This document shows positions 1 through 12,350 of a DNA stretch of 64,000 bases, piece after piece. Location: contig NW_026782224.1 of NCBI RefSeq assembly GCF_031769215.1, positions 620,001 to 684,000 of the forward strand. The letters run 5' to 3'. This stretch comes from Ylistrum balloti (lineage: Eukaryota). Positions within the stretch are counted from its first letter, which is position 1. Every line of letters starts with the position of its first letter. Position numbers and translations under genes: made by a program. Under the pieces are notes generated by a model. It did not search any database. It saw nothing but the letters and a program-made list of their open reading frames with translations, and was not told where the DNA came from.

Positions 1-316
1 TGACCAATGATGAGGAGACATTCAACAACTAATACTGACCAATGATGAGGAGACATTCAACAACTAATACTGACCAATGATGAGGAGACATTCAACAACT
101 AATACTGACCAATGATGAGGAGACATTCAACAACTAATACTGACCAATGATGAGGAGACATTCAACAACTAATACTGACCAATGATGAGGAGACATTCAA
201 CAACTAATACTGACCAATGATGAGGAGACATTCAGCAGCTAGCACCGACCAATGATGAGGAGACATACAACAACTAATACTGACCAATGAGGAGACATAC
301 AACAACTAATACTGAC
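1..316. repeat. 35-bp minisatellite, ~9 copies, truncated by window start
   Basis: Unit TGACCAATGATGAGGAGACATTCAACAACTAATAC recurs at 1, 36, 71 and onward; the last copies are degenerate. Confidence 0.97.
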
Positions 317-371
317 AAATAATCTCAGCTATCATCAAGAAATAATGATAGATAGACAATCTTACAGTTAA

Positions 372-2187
372 AAATACCGACCAAATATTAGATAATACCG
401 ACCAAATATTAGAAAATACCGACCAAATATTAGAAAATACCGACCTAATATTGGATAATACCGACCAAATATTAGATAATACCGACCAAATATTGGATAA
501 TACCGACCAAATATTAGAAAATACCGACCAAATATTGGATAATACCGACCTAATATTAGATAATACCGACCAAATATTGGATATCACCTACCAAATATTG
601 GATAATACCGACCAAATATTGGATATCACCTACCAAATATTAGATAATACCGACCAAATATTAGATAATACCGACCAAATATTGGATAATACCGACCAAA
701 TATTGGATATCACCTACCAAATATTGGATAATACCGACCAAATATTGGATAATACCGACCAAATATTGGATAATACCGACCAAATATTGGATAATACCGA
801 CCAAATATTGGATATCACCTACCAAATATTAGATAATACCGACCAAATATTAGATAATACCGACCAAATATTGGATAATACCGACCAAATATTGGATATC
901 ACCGACCAAATATTTGATAATACCGACCAAATATTAGATAATACCGACCAAATATTGGATAATACCGACCAAATATTGGATATCACCTACCAAATATTGG
1001 ATATCACCTACCAAATATTGGATATCACCTACCAAATATTGGATATCACCTACCAAATATTGGATATCACCTACCAAATATTGGATATCACCTACCAAAT
1101 ATTGGATTTCACCTCCCAAATATTGGATATCACCTACCAAATATTAGTTAATACCGACCAAATATTAGATAATACCGACCAAATATTGGATATCACCTAC
1201 CAAATATTGGATATCACCTACCAAATATTAGAAAATACCGACCAAATATTAGATAATACCGACCAAATATTGGATAATACCGACCAAATATTAGATAATA
1301 CCGACCAAATATTGGATATCACCTACCAAATATTGGATATCACCTACCAAATATTGGATATCACCTACCAAATATTAGAAAATACCGACCAAATATTGGA
1401 TATCACCTACCAAATATTAGTTAATACCGACCAAATATTAGATAATACCGACCAAATATTGGATAATACCGACCAAATATTAGATAATACCGACCTAATA
1501 TTAGAAAATACCGACCAAATATTAGTTAATACCGACCTGATATTAGATAACACCTACCAAATATTGGATAATACCGACCAAATATTAGATAATACCGACC
1601 AAATATTAGATAATACCGACCAAATATTAGATAATACCGACCAAATATTAGATAATACCGACCAAATATTGGATATCACCTACCAAATATTGGATATCAC
1701 CTACCAAATATTGGATATCACCTACCAAATATTGGATATCACCTACCAAATATTGGATAATACCGACCAAATATTAGAAAATACCGACCAAATATTGGAT
1801 ATCACCTACCAAATATTAGTTAATACCGACCAAATATTAGATAATACCGACCAAATATTAGAAAATACCGACCAAATATTAGTTAATACCTACCAAATAT
1901 TAGATAATACCGACCTGATATTAGATAATACCGACCTAATATTAGATAATACCTACCAAATATTGGATAATACCGACCAAATATTAGATAATACCGACCT
2001 AATATTAGAAAATACCGACCAAATATTAGATAATACCGACCAAATATTGGATAATACCGACCAAATATTGGATATCACCTACCAAATATTAGAAAATACC
2101 GACCAAATTTTAGATAATACCGACCTAATATTAGAAAATACCGACCAAATATTAGTTAATACCGACCAAATATTAGAAAATACCGAC
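372..2187. repeat. 21-bp minisatellite, ~86 copies; source of the 601-aa (DNTDQIL)n ORF
   Basis: Unit GATAATACCGACCAAATATTA/G with a few recurring variants (ATCACCTAC, GAAAAT, GTTAAT, CTAATA). The period is a multiple of 3, so one frame stays open. Confidence 0.97.
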
Positions 2188-2709
2188 TACAGTGCAATGA
2201 TAGTGCATTCGTTGTTACTAAAAATCTACATAGAATACAGCTATAATGGTGGATAATATGAGAGATTATTTCAATAGTATACAGACACGAGCGTAATATC
2301 ATTACCGATTTTTAAATATGTCCCTTTACACTTCCATTCTTTAGGAGTATCACTATATATCGATTTATCGCCGTTTGTCTACATGATACTGTTGAACAGG
2401 ATTACTTCAAAGTTCAGTAACATAATTGACCGGAAATAATTTACCAGTTACATGATTAACTGCATGCTCATGTTCAACGTTATTAAATTTACCTATTAAT
2501 ATACTCTTCAAAGCAACTGTTACCAGTTTTAATCGAAACTGCAACTGAAACCAATTATTTTCATATACAGTGAACTCCTGTTACAATGTGTCGTCACTGA
2601 GCTGAGAGACACAGATTTCCCTACATTTGAATAAAAAAGAAATGTTACAATACAGGAACCGTAATGTCATTTGTTATTGTTGTAAATGCCATTCATAAAA
2701 GTGGAAAAC

Positions 2710-3870
2710 TACACTCAACAAAAATAGAAACGCACAAATTTCTCACTGCAGTACACTTTAGCTGTAAGGAAATAATGGAATATTTGGTCAGGTATTACAT
2801 CAAGAATATCTCCCTTCTCGACAATATATCCTAAAATCAGCCAAGCGTGACAATATCATTGTCTGACTATGTGAGCTTCTTTAGTACAAATCATGCGGCG
2901 TGATCAAGCCATGCCGGATTTTTCAAACGAATACTATCATGGGATACCCCAAGTTCAGCCACATTAATATTCCCCGTTGGCATTTTGATTTCGCCATTGA
3001 CCGATATGCCAGTTCAGAGGGGTAGAGCAGTTGCGGTGTTTAAGGATGGTCATAGCCAGTCTGTCTATATACATTGTCTTGCTACTGGGTTGGTTTCCGA
3101 TCGTCCCAGGTGCGGTCTTCCGACATGGCCCGAATAGGTTTGGGATTCGTCGGTGGAGGCGTTTGATGTTCACCGACGCGACGAGTCTAGATTCTGTCTG
3201 TATCGTTCAAAGGGAAAAGAATATATCACAGACGTTGCGCCGCCGACACATGCGTTGTTAAACGCGATAGATTCTAAAATGTTTTTGGGAGGAATCTCCC
3301 ATGTAGTAAAATCCCCCTGATTGGTTCTTGATCAAAACATCAAAGCCGTTCGATACAGAGACCAGATCCTCCAACCACATGTCCTTCGACTTCTCAGACC
3401 TCATAACCAAATTTTTCATCAAGACTATGCTCGACCGAATTTTGCCAGAGTCTGTCGTGATTTTGTCATGGCAAACAACTTTCAGCCTCTAAAATGGCCC
3501 GCATGTAGCCCAACATGTCTCCCATTGAGCATCTTAGGGATGAGCAGGAGAGGCGTATTAGAAAACGTCAAAAACCCCAAACTAACCGCGCCCAGTTTGT
3601 CGTAGCATTAACACTAGAATGTAACAACATTCCTTTAAGTCGAATTAATGTTCTCATGAATTCAAATCCGTGAAGTCATTCGTGCATGAGGTGCCCACAC
3701 TAGGTACTAAAGTGTCATTATGATTTTCGCGTGTATCCCACTTTGAGTAACAATTAACGACACGTTTGACGTCACACAGACTTTCGGTATTGTAAAGAAT
3801 AGACTTCACATTGATATAAAATTTTGTACAAACTATCACATTGATATAAAAGTGTGTTTTTTTGTACAAT
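2710..3870 (+). mobile_element. Decayed Tc1/mariner (DD34E) transposon with internally deleted, frameshifted transposase
   Basis: TA followed by CACTCAACAAAAATAGAAACGCAC at 2710-2735 (Tc1-type TIR). Manual translation across frameshifts gives TGLVSDRPRCGLP (HTH motif), WRRLMFT-DESRFCL (first D), HQDYARP (second D) and WPACSP/MSPIEHL, with 34 residues between D and E. The right TIR is only weakly recognisable near 3852-3870. Confidence 0.9.
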
Positions 3871-3984
3871 TTTCCTAGCATTGAATATCATTGTGACACC
3901 ACCATAATCATTGGAAAACATAAACATAACTTAAGTGTGTTTTTTTTATGGTATAGAAAAATTCCAACATGTCAACATCATAAC

Positions 3985-4106
3985 TCGAAACTCAAATTCA
4001 ATGAATGGACGATTCACACGACAACTCTTGAAAAAAAAATATAAGGAGATTAAGACCAGGTGTTCCGGAAGTGTAAACGTCTTCTGCTTCATCGACGCCA
4101 TCAGCC
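3985..4106 (-). mobile_element. Fragment of a dispersed retroelement 3' tail shared with the Penelope-like element at 16.2-17.0 kb
   Basis: Minus strand reads GTCGATGAAGCAGAAGACGTTTACACTTCCGGAACACCTGGTC and later ATTGAATTTGAGTTTCGAGTTATGA; the first motif matches 12243-12303 and 16850-16893. Confidence 0.7.
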
Positions 4107-5128
4107 AATGGTCAATCCAAGTAATTAATGTCACGTTCTCAAATGAGAACAAGGTAAACAACAACCGAACCGAGCATAAAATACGTCCTTCATATCGTAC
4201 AAATAAATAGAATATTTGTCAGTGAGATCACTATGACGACCGTAAAACTTCCCCATAATTATCCTCAACTTGCATCTGTTGAACCCCTGTGTTATGAAAT
4301 TGTTAGTCAGTTGACGAGCTGTTGTGTATATATAAACGTTTAATGTAAAGGCAGTTATCTAACGTAGAACGTTTATTGTAATAATACTCCGTGTCATAAA
4401 AACTGAATATTGTGAACTTTATTTTCTGAACGCATATGATTCGTCAAGGAAAATAATTTCCGACAGTATCACCACGATTTCTTTTTTAATTCAGTCGCCT
4501 GGTAGCAAGTGTTGGCCTAAAAATATACCGCATTGGACAAAAATTAACAAATGCCTTATCACAAAGTATGATGTTCCAGCTGAAATGTCTTTGTATGTAA
4601 GATACTGGTAAGCGAACACATACATCAGTCTATATCAACTACGAGGTTTATAAAGGAGGCACAAACAAACAGATGATTCACCATTCATCCAACTAATTCT
4701 AATGCTTATGGGATATCTTCACTATTTTTTTCGTACTAAGGTTTTGAATAAAATACATAATATAAACAGAATCACTTTGTAACAGATATTATATTAACTG
4801 GTAGTTTGGAATTTAATCATTCTAGATTATATTTCTCAGCCAATTTAAGAATATACTACTTTTAGAATTGAAAAATTGAGAAAAAAAAAATTGAAAATCA
4901 TTTTTTTAAAAAATTACAATTTTAGGTTTTCTCGATGACAATGAACAATTTAAATATATATGGTATGATGTTTGAATATCGTAGGAATGGATTTACATAT
5001 AGATGTATCACCTTCATGTTTTTGTTTACATGTACCAATGTCAATATAATCATAATCCAAACTCAAATTTAATAGAATAATGGTAGAATATTAACAAAAG
5101 AAAGATTTACACAGAGGCTCATGCAAAA

Positions 5129-5803
5129 GTATTCTACACAACTTCTCTAAACTAGAATCTTACTCTGTCTGGTATTCTACACAACCTCTCTAAACTAGAG
5201 TCTCACACTGTCTGATATTCTACACAACCTCTCTAAACTAGAATCGTACACTGTCTGGTATTCCACACAACCGCTCTACACTAGAATCGTACACATTCGG
5301 ACAATCTACATAATTACTGACTACCGTGACATAATCTTGACTTCCCTATATAAATATAAACTAGAATCGTACACTGTCGGGTATTCCACACAACCTCTCT
5401 AAACTAGAATCGTACACTGTCGGGTATTCCACACAACCTCTCTAAACTAGAATCGTACACTGTCGGGTATTCCACACAACCTCTCTAAACTAGAATCCAC
5501 GTATTCCACACAACCTCTCACTGTACACTGTTATTCCACACAACCTCTCTAAACTAGAATCGTACACTGTCTGTTATTCCACACAACCTCTCTAAACTAG
5601 AATCGTACACTGTCGGGTATTCCACACAACCTCTCTAAACTAGAATCGTACACTGTCTGGTATTCCACACAACCGCTCTACACTAGAATCGTACACTGTC
5701 TGGTATTCTACACAACCGCTCTATACTAGAATCGTACACATTCGGACTATCTGCATAATTACTGACTATCGTGACATAGTCTTGACTACCCTATATAAAT
5801 ATA
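5129..5803. repeat. 43-bp minisatellite interrupted by a duplicated ~63-bp spacer
   Basis: Unit GTATTCCACACAACCTCTCTAAACTAGAATCGTACACTGTCGG (AAACTAGAAT at 5401 and 5444). The ATTCGGAC...TATATAAATATA block occurs at ~5296 and ~5740. Confidence 0.95.
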
Positions 5804-6238
5804 GATTAAAATCCTTCCAATACCTGTCATGTAGTTATTGATCCAGTAATGCCAATGTTCTAAATGATAAAATTGTTAAAAACGAAACCATCAGTCATGT
5901 TAACAGCAACAAACATGTCAAACCTAATATCCATCCAAATATCGAATATTTCTCAATGAGATCATTAGGACGACCAACCTAATCTTCATCAGCCTGCAGT
6001 TCTATGTTGTTTGTCAGACACGTTCCACGACATGATGATATTGTGAACAAACCCTTGTATATCCGATCGACGTGTAAACACCAGATATAAGGGATTCACG
6101 TATCTTGCTGTCCACAAACGGAAAGTTCACAAACAGGGAATATGATTTATCCTATTTATCTCTTAGCTTGATTGAAAACTGTCCTTGTTGGTTTTGTTGT
6201 AATAAAGATCAAAATAAGAGGCTGATATTGAAGAATCG

Positions 6239-7177
6239 TCCGTGTCCTTGATTTCTAATTATTGTGGAAATGTATCCTCGTGTCATTGATTTCTAATCAT
6301 TGTGGAAATGTATCCTCGTGTCCTTGATTTCTAATCATTGTGGAAATGTATCCTCGTGTCCTTGATTTCTAATTATTGCGGAAATGTATCCTCGTGTCCT
6401 TGATTTCTAATCATTGTGGAAATGTATCCTCGTGTCCTTGATTTCTAATTATTGTGGAAATGTATCCCCGTGTCCTTGATTTCTAATTATGGTGGAAATG
6501 TATCCCTGTGTCCTTGATTTCTAATTATGGTGGAAATGTATCCTCGTGTCCTTGATTTCTAATTATTGTGGAAATGTATACCCATGTCCTTGATTTCTAA
6601 TTATTGTGGAAATGTATCCCTGTGTCCTTGATTTCTAATTATGGTGGAAATGTATCCCCGTGTCCTTGATTTCTAATTATTGTGGAAATGTATCCCCGTG
6701 TCCTTGATTTCTAATTATTGTGGAAATGTCTCCCTGTGTCCTTGATTTCTAATTATGGTGGAAATGTATCCTCGTGTCCTTGATTTCTAATTATTGCGGA
6801 AATGTATCCTCGTGTCCTTGATTTCTAATTATTGTGGAAATGTATCCCTGTGTCGATTTCTAATTATGGTGGAAATGTATCCCCGTGTCCTTGATTTCTA
6901 ATTATTGTGGAAATGTTTACCCATGTCCTTGATTTCTAATTATTGTGGAAATGTATCCCTGTGTCCTTGATTTCTAATTATGGTGGAAATGTATCCTCAT
7001 GTCCTTGATTTCTAATTATTGTGGAAATGTATCCTCGTGTCCTTGATTTCTAATTATTGCGGAAATGTATCCTCGTGTCCTTGATTTCTAATCATTGTGG
7101 AAATGTATCCTCGTGTCCTTGATTTCTAATTATTGTAGAAAATGTATCCTCGTGTCCTTGATTTCTAATTATTGTGG
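6239..7177. repeat. 38-bp minisatellite, ~25 copies
   Basis: Unit CCTCGTGTCCTTGATTTCTAATTATTGTGGAAATGTAT. Confidence 0.97.
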
Positions 7178-7442
7178 GAATTAATTCTATACAGCACGAT
7201 ATCGCCATTAACATAACGCCTATACAATGATAATGACTATTATGACAATAGATATTACCTTTAATTATTAAAATTAGTTCGCCTCATACTTTTACACCTA
7301 CAAAGAGATCCAATAAAACAGCTACAAAAAGTAGTACCCAGTATTAAGACATACAATAAGGCTGAGTCATGTTTTTAGATTTACGGCTGTTATACAAACT
7401 GGTTTAATAAAACAGCTACAAAAAGGGAAGGGGAGACGAGTT

Positions 7443-7562
7443 AGATGATAACAAGATCGGGATTACATCTTCGTGTGATTTGTGTGGGAGATAGATGATA
7501 ACAAGATCGGGATTACATCTTCGTGTGATTTGTGTGGGAGATAGATGATAACAAGATCGGGA
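7443..7562. repeat. 50-bp tandem duplication, ~2.4 copies
   Basis: ACAAGATCGG recurs at 7451, 7501 and 7551. Confidence 0.9.
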
Positions 7563-7571
7563 CTTTGTATT

Positions 7572-7700
7572 CGTCTTCAATGTTGGTTAGTATATCTGGT
7601 GGTTTGTTTGTACAACATTAACCTTAATGTCCCTCAATGCTGGTTAGTATATCTGGTGGTTTGTTTGTACAACATTAACCTCGATGTCCCTCGATGCTTG
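7572..7700. repeat. 57-bp tandem duplication, ~2.2 copies
   Basis: TGGTTAGTATATCTGGTGGTTTGTTTGTACAACATTAACCT is repeated at a 57-bp offset. Confidence 0.85.
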
Positions 7701-8685
7701 TTAGTATCCGAAGTCTTTTACATCACAAACGAGTCCTCGAGGGCAAATCTTCAATCATTGTTTTTACAATATTGAAAAGCGCTATATAACTTAATGTAGT
7801 AACCGCCGTGTTTTTAGAAACTATGTGATCTATCAGCTTTCTTTGTAATTAGCGTTCACCAACCTCACAATGTGTATTCATCATCACATCACGTGTTTTT
7901 ATAATCACACTCATGATATTTTCGCTGTGATGTGTTTTTGTCAGTACAGTAAATTATCGTTTTACAATCGTCCCCATCGTCCAACAGTTGCAGATTCAGC
8001 AGAAATTGATATTTGTAAAAATGCGCGATGCATGCGATATATTAAGAGACCGTATTGCCGTGTTGGGTTTTGTCTATGACTAACCTGAAGACTTTCACTC
8101 CCTGAACCCGGACGTCTACAGTACATTGCCTCTACGTGGGGGGATGGTAAACTTTTGTTACTTACATGGATGAGTCATGTAGGTTTTAAAACAGACGGAA
8201 CATCAAAATTATCAGCAGGCGAAAGTAAGATTTCCCAGGCGGAGATGTGATAGAGGAGCTAAGTATCGCTCAATTGATCATTTCTGTTGTTTTAATCTGA
8301 GGATTTCGTCTGGAGATGGACTCCAAGATACAATTAAATCATGGTCGTGCACGTGGACTATGCACGTGGTTTGACATCACTGGTACGTGCTATATGGTAT
8401 AATCAAACACTGTTAATCAATTTTGCTCATATCGATTACAATTGTTATGCTGTGGCTTAAGAGTCGAGAGATAATATAGAAATATTTGTTATATAGTGTA
8501 ACACTGATCAAAATGCAATATCGGTAAAGTCAGAGAGGAATTTGGTTGAAATAGTCCAGAAACAAAACGACAGCCGATAGGAAAATTACTTCATATATAA
8601 CATTTCATCAATATATCCTAACAAGCATTTATCCTTGTATAGCACAAAATGATACTATACAAAAATGTTGTAACTCAGCTGTTCG

Positions 8686-9010
8686 TGTTACTAAAGTTGT
8701 GGTACAGAAATGTTTTAAAGAATCTCTTCGTGTTACCGAGATTACGATTGAGAAACGTTATAAGTGAACATTTCGAGTTGCTGAAGTTACGACAGAGAAA
8801 TGTTGAAAGTGAAATCTATCGGTTACTGAGATTATGATGCAGAAATAAGGTAACTAAAACGTTCGTGTTACCGAGGTTACGATAAAGAAACGTTATAAAT
8901 GAACATTTCGAGTTGCCGAAGTTACGACAGAGAAATGTTGAAAGTGAACTCTTCGTGTTAATGAGGTTACGATATAGAGATGTTGTAAATACTTCGAATT
9001 ACTAACACTT
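8686..9010. repeat. Degenerate composite repeat with a 135-bp higher-order duplication
   Basis: TTCGTGTTACCGAG...GAACATTTCGAGTTG...GTTACGACAGAGAAATGTTGAAAGTGAA at 8727 and 8862; short G(T/A)TTACGA subunits recur throughout. Confidence 0.8.
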
Positions 9011-10760
9011 TGATATTATAAACACTTTAAGCAACTAAAGCTCAGATAATGAGGTTTCCGACTAAAGTTAACTAACGAGAAACTTAATTAACTAAAACTG
9101 AAATTTTAGTCTAGCTTAAGTGTTTTACATGAAAGACGGTGAAGAGATCTTTTATCGGACAATAATTGCGCCCATGCTGTTGACTAATATAAAAAAGAAA
9201 GCCCCGAGGAACAAGATGGCTGATAACCAAGCACTTGAAAACACGACCCTGACTGTGCAGCGGTAACGACGTACTGGATCCGAGCCACGTGGTCAGGTTT
9301 AGCACCAGTACTTGGCAATAGAAACGAGAATCACCCACAGTGTTCGGTCACATTATGCTTAAAATCACACGTAGGGAATGTCACACAGGTACTTGATGTT
9401 CATTGCATGTCTATAGGTATATCATGTGTTAACGTTAAGGTAAGACGTCCCCGTGGCCGGTAGGAAACATTTACCCTAGCAGTAACACACACATGCCATG
9501 CTCCTGGCTGTTGACGATATATATATGTGATAATTGTCCCTGAATCATTTTCTGTAATTGGAATACGCCACTGGAGTGCTGTGATCGTGCTTCGTTTTGC
9601 CGCGATTATAGATGATATTGATGTGTGTGGGTTGTGATTCTGCATTGAATGTAAGTAACGACCTTTGGGTATCATACTAAAAAATGTACCGAATGTATGT
9701 ATCTGATGAAATACAATCGCGCGCGCATGCTCGCCATCATGGACTCTTTTAAGATATGTATATTTCATTTGTGCTTTAAACATAAAAAAATGAACGGAAC
9801 AGAATTTCGATGTTTATCTTGTAATGGATTTTTGTTTTTGTGTTGATAAACTGTTCTGCATTTAAATACAGGTGTATATAGAAACATGTCTGCTGCATTA
9901 TAGGAACCAAACATTCAAAACAATTTTATGTTAGTAAAAAAAACATACTTAGATAGACATGTCATTGTTTTTTTCTCCGTTTCAGATAAGTTGCTCGGAT
10001 TGGGCTGATGTTTCTTTTCTCGGATACCAGACCTAAATGAACGACTTAGTTTGTGGGTAAGTTATCAGGATAAGTGAATGCATGTGTGTCTATTCTATAG
10101 GTTGTATCTATAACATCTATTAAGTGTTCAAGAAGGGCTGCTGTGAGGAATTGGTTTATGGTAATGTCAGAAAACGGATTCCTGGACATCAACTCATCGA
10201 TGATAAATGGAATTCCGTCAGAGTTGTGAGAAGTATAGGGTTGTAAATTGATGAAATTCTTTTCAGTAATATTAAAAGAATTTTCATTGATAATAAATTT
10301 AAGTAAATTCTTTGAATATTCAAAGCTTTCTGTTTCGGGATTAAAAATTATGGCACAAAGAAGAACAGATCTCGTCAATGACCGTTATGTACTTACATAC
10401 GTTCAAAGTTTTAATTTTAAAAAAGTTGTTGATATGATGAAGTATACGTATGATGTACTCCCTTGAATCTTGGAGTAGCGGTTGGTACGATAATAGAACG
10501 GTAATCCTTAGTTTAATTTACTGTTCATTAAACCCTACCCTGCTGCGATCTGAATCAGATGTAGGTACATTTCATCAGGGCTGATATCCTCTCTGTGTAG
10601 TTCTCTCAGCGTTACGGCCACAGTACTCAGAAGTCATCCACAGGATCGTAATATGAGGACATTGATTGGGAAACTCATGCTGCCATGTTCGAAAATATGG
10701 CATTCCCTCATGAAAATCAATTAAATAGGCGCAAACTACGAACCCCCCTCCCTCCACTAT

Positions 10761-11753
10761 TCATCCAATAAACAAATACACCTTAAACGATATCCTTGAA
10801 AAGTGATGTCCAGTTCTCAAAATAGAACAAGGTGATGAATCCAACACATTTAACTTGGATCGTTCAAAGAAAATAAAGCATCCCAGTAAGATTATGACAA
10901 TGACCATAAATTGGTTTCCGTTAAAACTGTGTTGTAACGCGCTCAGCTGTCGACAACTTTTATGATTTTTTATAGGCCATCTATACAATTGTGATACATA
11001 GAAGTAAGTTATTCCTGTTGGTTGCGTGGTAAGGTTGAGGTAAGCGGCTGGTGTGTCAGATTTGTTATACAAGTAAGTTATTCCTGTTGGTTGCGTGGTA
11101 AGGTTGAGGTAAGCGACTGGTGTGTCAGACTTGTTATAGAAGTAAGTTATTCCTGTTGGTTGCGTGGTAAGGTTGAGGTAAGCGGCTGGTGTGTCAGACT
11201 TGTTATACAAGTAAGTTATTCCTGTTGGTTGCGTGGTAAGGTTGAGGTAAGCGGCTGGTGTGTCAGATTTGTTATACAAGTAAGTTATTCCTGTTGGTTG
11301 CGTGGTAAGGTTGAGGTAAGCGACTGGTGTGTCAGACTTGTTATAGAAGTAAGTTATTCCTGTTGGTTGCGTGGTAAGGTTGAGGTAAGCGGCTGGTGTG
11401 TCAGATTTGTTATACAAGTAAGTTATTCCTGTTGGTTGCGTGGTAAGGTTGAGGTAAGCGACTGGTGTGTCAGACTTGTTATAGAAGTAAGTTATTCCTG
11501 TTGGTTGCGTGGTAAGGTTGAGGTAAGCGGCTGGTGTGTCAGATTTGTTATACAAGTAAGTTATTCCTGTTGGTTGCGTGGTAAGGTTGAGGTAAGCGGC
11601 TGGTGTGTCAGATTTGTTATACAAGTGAGTTATTCCTGTTGGTTGCGTGGTAAGGTTGAGGTAAGCGGCTGGTGTGTCAGACTTGTTATAGAAGTAAGTT
11701 ATTCCTGTTGGTTGCGTGGTAAGGTTGAGGTAAGCGGCTGGTGTGTCAGACAT
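10761..11753 (-). CDS. Possible mucin-like repeat membrane protein ORF (330 aa); may be a repeat artefact
   Basis: 23-aa Thr-rich repeat with two N-glycosylation sequons per unit (NKS, NLT), then unique sequence containing the hydrophobic stretch FMVIVIILLGCFIFF followed by ERSK. No signal peptide, and the opposite strand is also open. Confidence 0.2.
   Translation of the reverse strand: MSDTPAAYLNLTTQPTGITYFYNKSDTPAAYLNLTTQPTGITHLYNKSDTPAAYLNLTTQPTGITYLYNKSDTPAAYLNLTTQPTGITYFYNKSDTPVAYLNLTTQPTGITYLYNKSDTPAAYLNLTTQPTGITYFYNKSDTPVAYLNLTTQPTGITYLYNKSDTPAAYLNLTTQPTGITYLYNKSDTPAAYLNLTTQPTGITYFYNKSDTPVAYLNLTTQPTGITYLYNKSDTPAAYLNLTTQPTGITYFYVSQLYRWPIKNHKSCRQLSALQHSFNGNQFMVIVIILLGCFIFFERSKLNVLDSSPCSILRTGHHFSRISFKVYLFIG
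10999..11750. repeat. 69-bp minisatellite, ~11 highly homogeneous copies
   Basis: Unit GTAAGTTATTCCTGTTGGTTGCGTGGTAAGGTTGAGGTAAGCGGCTGGTGTGTCAGATTTGTTATACAA with essentially three variable sites. Confidence 0.97.
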
Positions 11754-12242
11754 GTGGTTTATTGCCTATTCTGTAAAGTAAATACACAACAAGATACCGG
11801 CGGTATACCTTAAGGTGACACGTAACAGCATGACGAGGCCCTTCTTCCCTGTTAAAAGCCCATCAAGAAACCTCGTATGAAAATAAGATTACAAGACCTC
11901 ATCAGTATATCTTAAAGTGAAATGAGAGGACATAACGAGGTCTTCATGTTTGAGAGATGTACGGTTGTTTCCCACGGGATCGCATTGAAGACTTTACCAC
12001 CAAACTAAATGGAAATATTATCAATGAGAGATATTTTTACAATTTCATCAACTGACGGACAAACACGTATCACAGGGAATCAAAAGATGCCGTTTGATGG
12101 AGAAGTTTTACGTCTTCATAGTGATATCATTGAGAATTATTCTATTTTGTGCGATCTGAAGCAGGACGTGTTTCATGCCTGTTAGTTTCCTTGTTGTATT
12201 TTTTGGTCTCGTTTGTTTGAGAACTTGACATAATTTACATAG

Positions 12243-12350
12243 CGGGTGTTGTCGATGAAGCGGAAGACACTTACTCTTCCGAAACACCTGGTCTCATTCT
12301 CCCTTTGTGAGGTTTGATTACAGACCAGCATTCCGAGATTAGGTTATGTA
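12243..12350 (+). mobile_element. Second copy of the retroelement 3' tail motif
   Basis: GGGTGTTGTCGATGAAGCGGAAGACACTTACTCTTCCGAAACACCTGGTCTC matches 16850-16893 and the reverse strand of 4045-4106. Confidence 0.7.

Noticed and set aside
1-316. Tandem C/D-box snoRNA-like units (ATGATGA ... CTGA in each 35-mer)
   Set aside because: Only 22 nt separate the boxes, there is no terminal stem or guide variation, and short motifs in a repeat are easily coincidental.
451-2256. 601-aa (DNTDQIL)n ORF as a real heptad-repeat protein
   Set aside because: It coincides exactly with a 21-bp minisatellite, starts at a TTG inside the array, has only ~23 unique C-terminal residues and shows no signal or domain; the open frame is expected from the period.
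6050-6145. C2H2 zinc finger fragment (YLAVHKRKVH)
   Set aside because: The two cysteines are missing at the required spacing, and there are no flanking fingers or splice sites.
10046-10757. ORFs of 110, 72 and 60 aa as a viral or transposon gene
   Set aside because: No recognisable motif, overlapping frames on opposite strands and lengths within chance for this window.
9435-11813. Kolobok-type element bounded by TTAA|GG ... CC|TTAA enclosing the 69-bp array
   Set aside because: The putative TIRs share only GGTA and GCCGGTA at different spacings, which is insufficient evidence.
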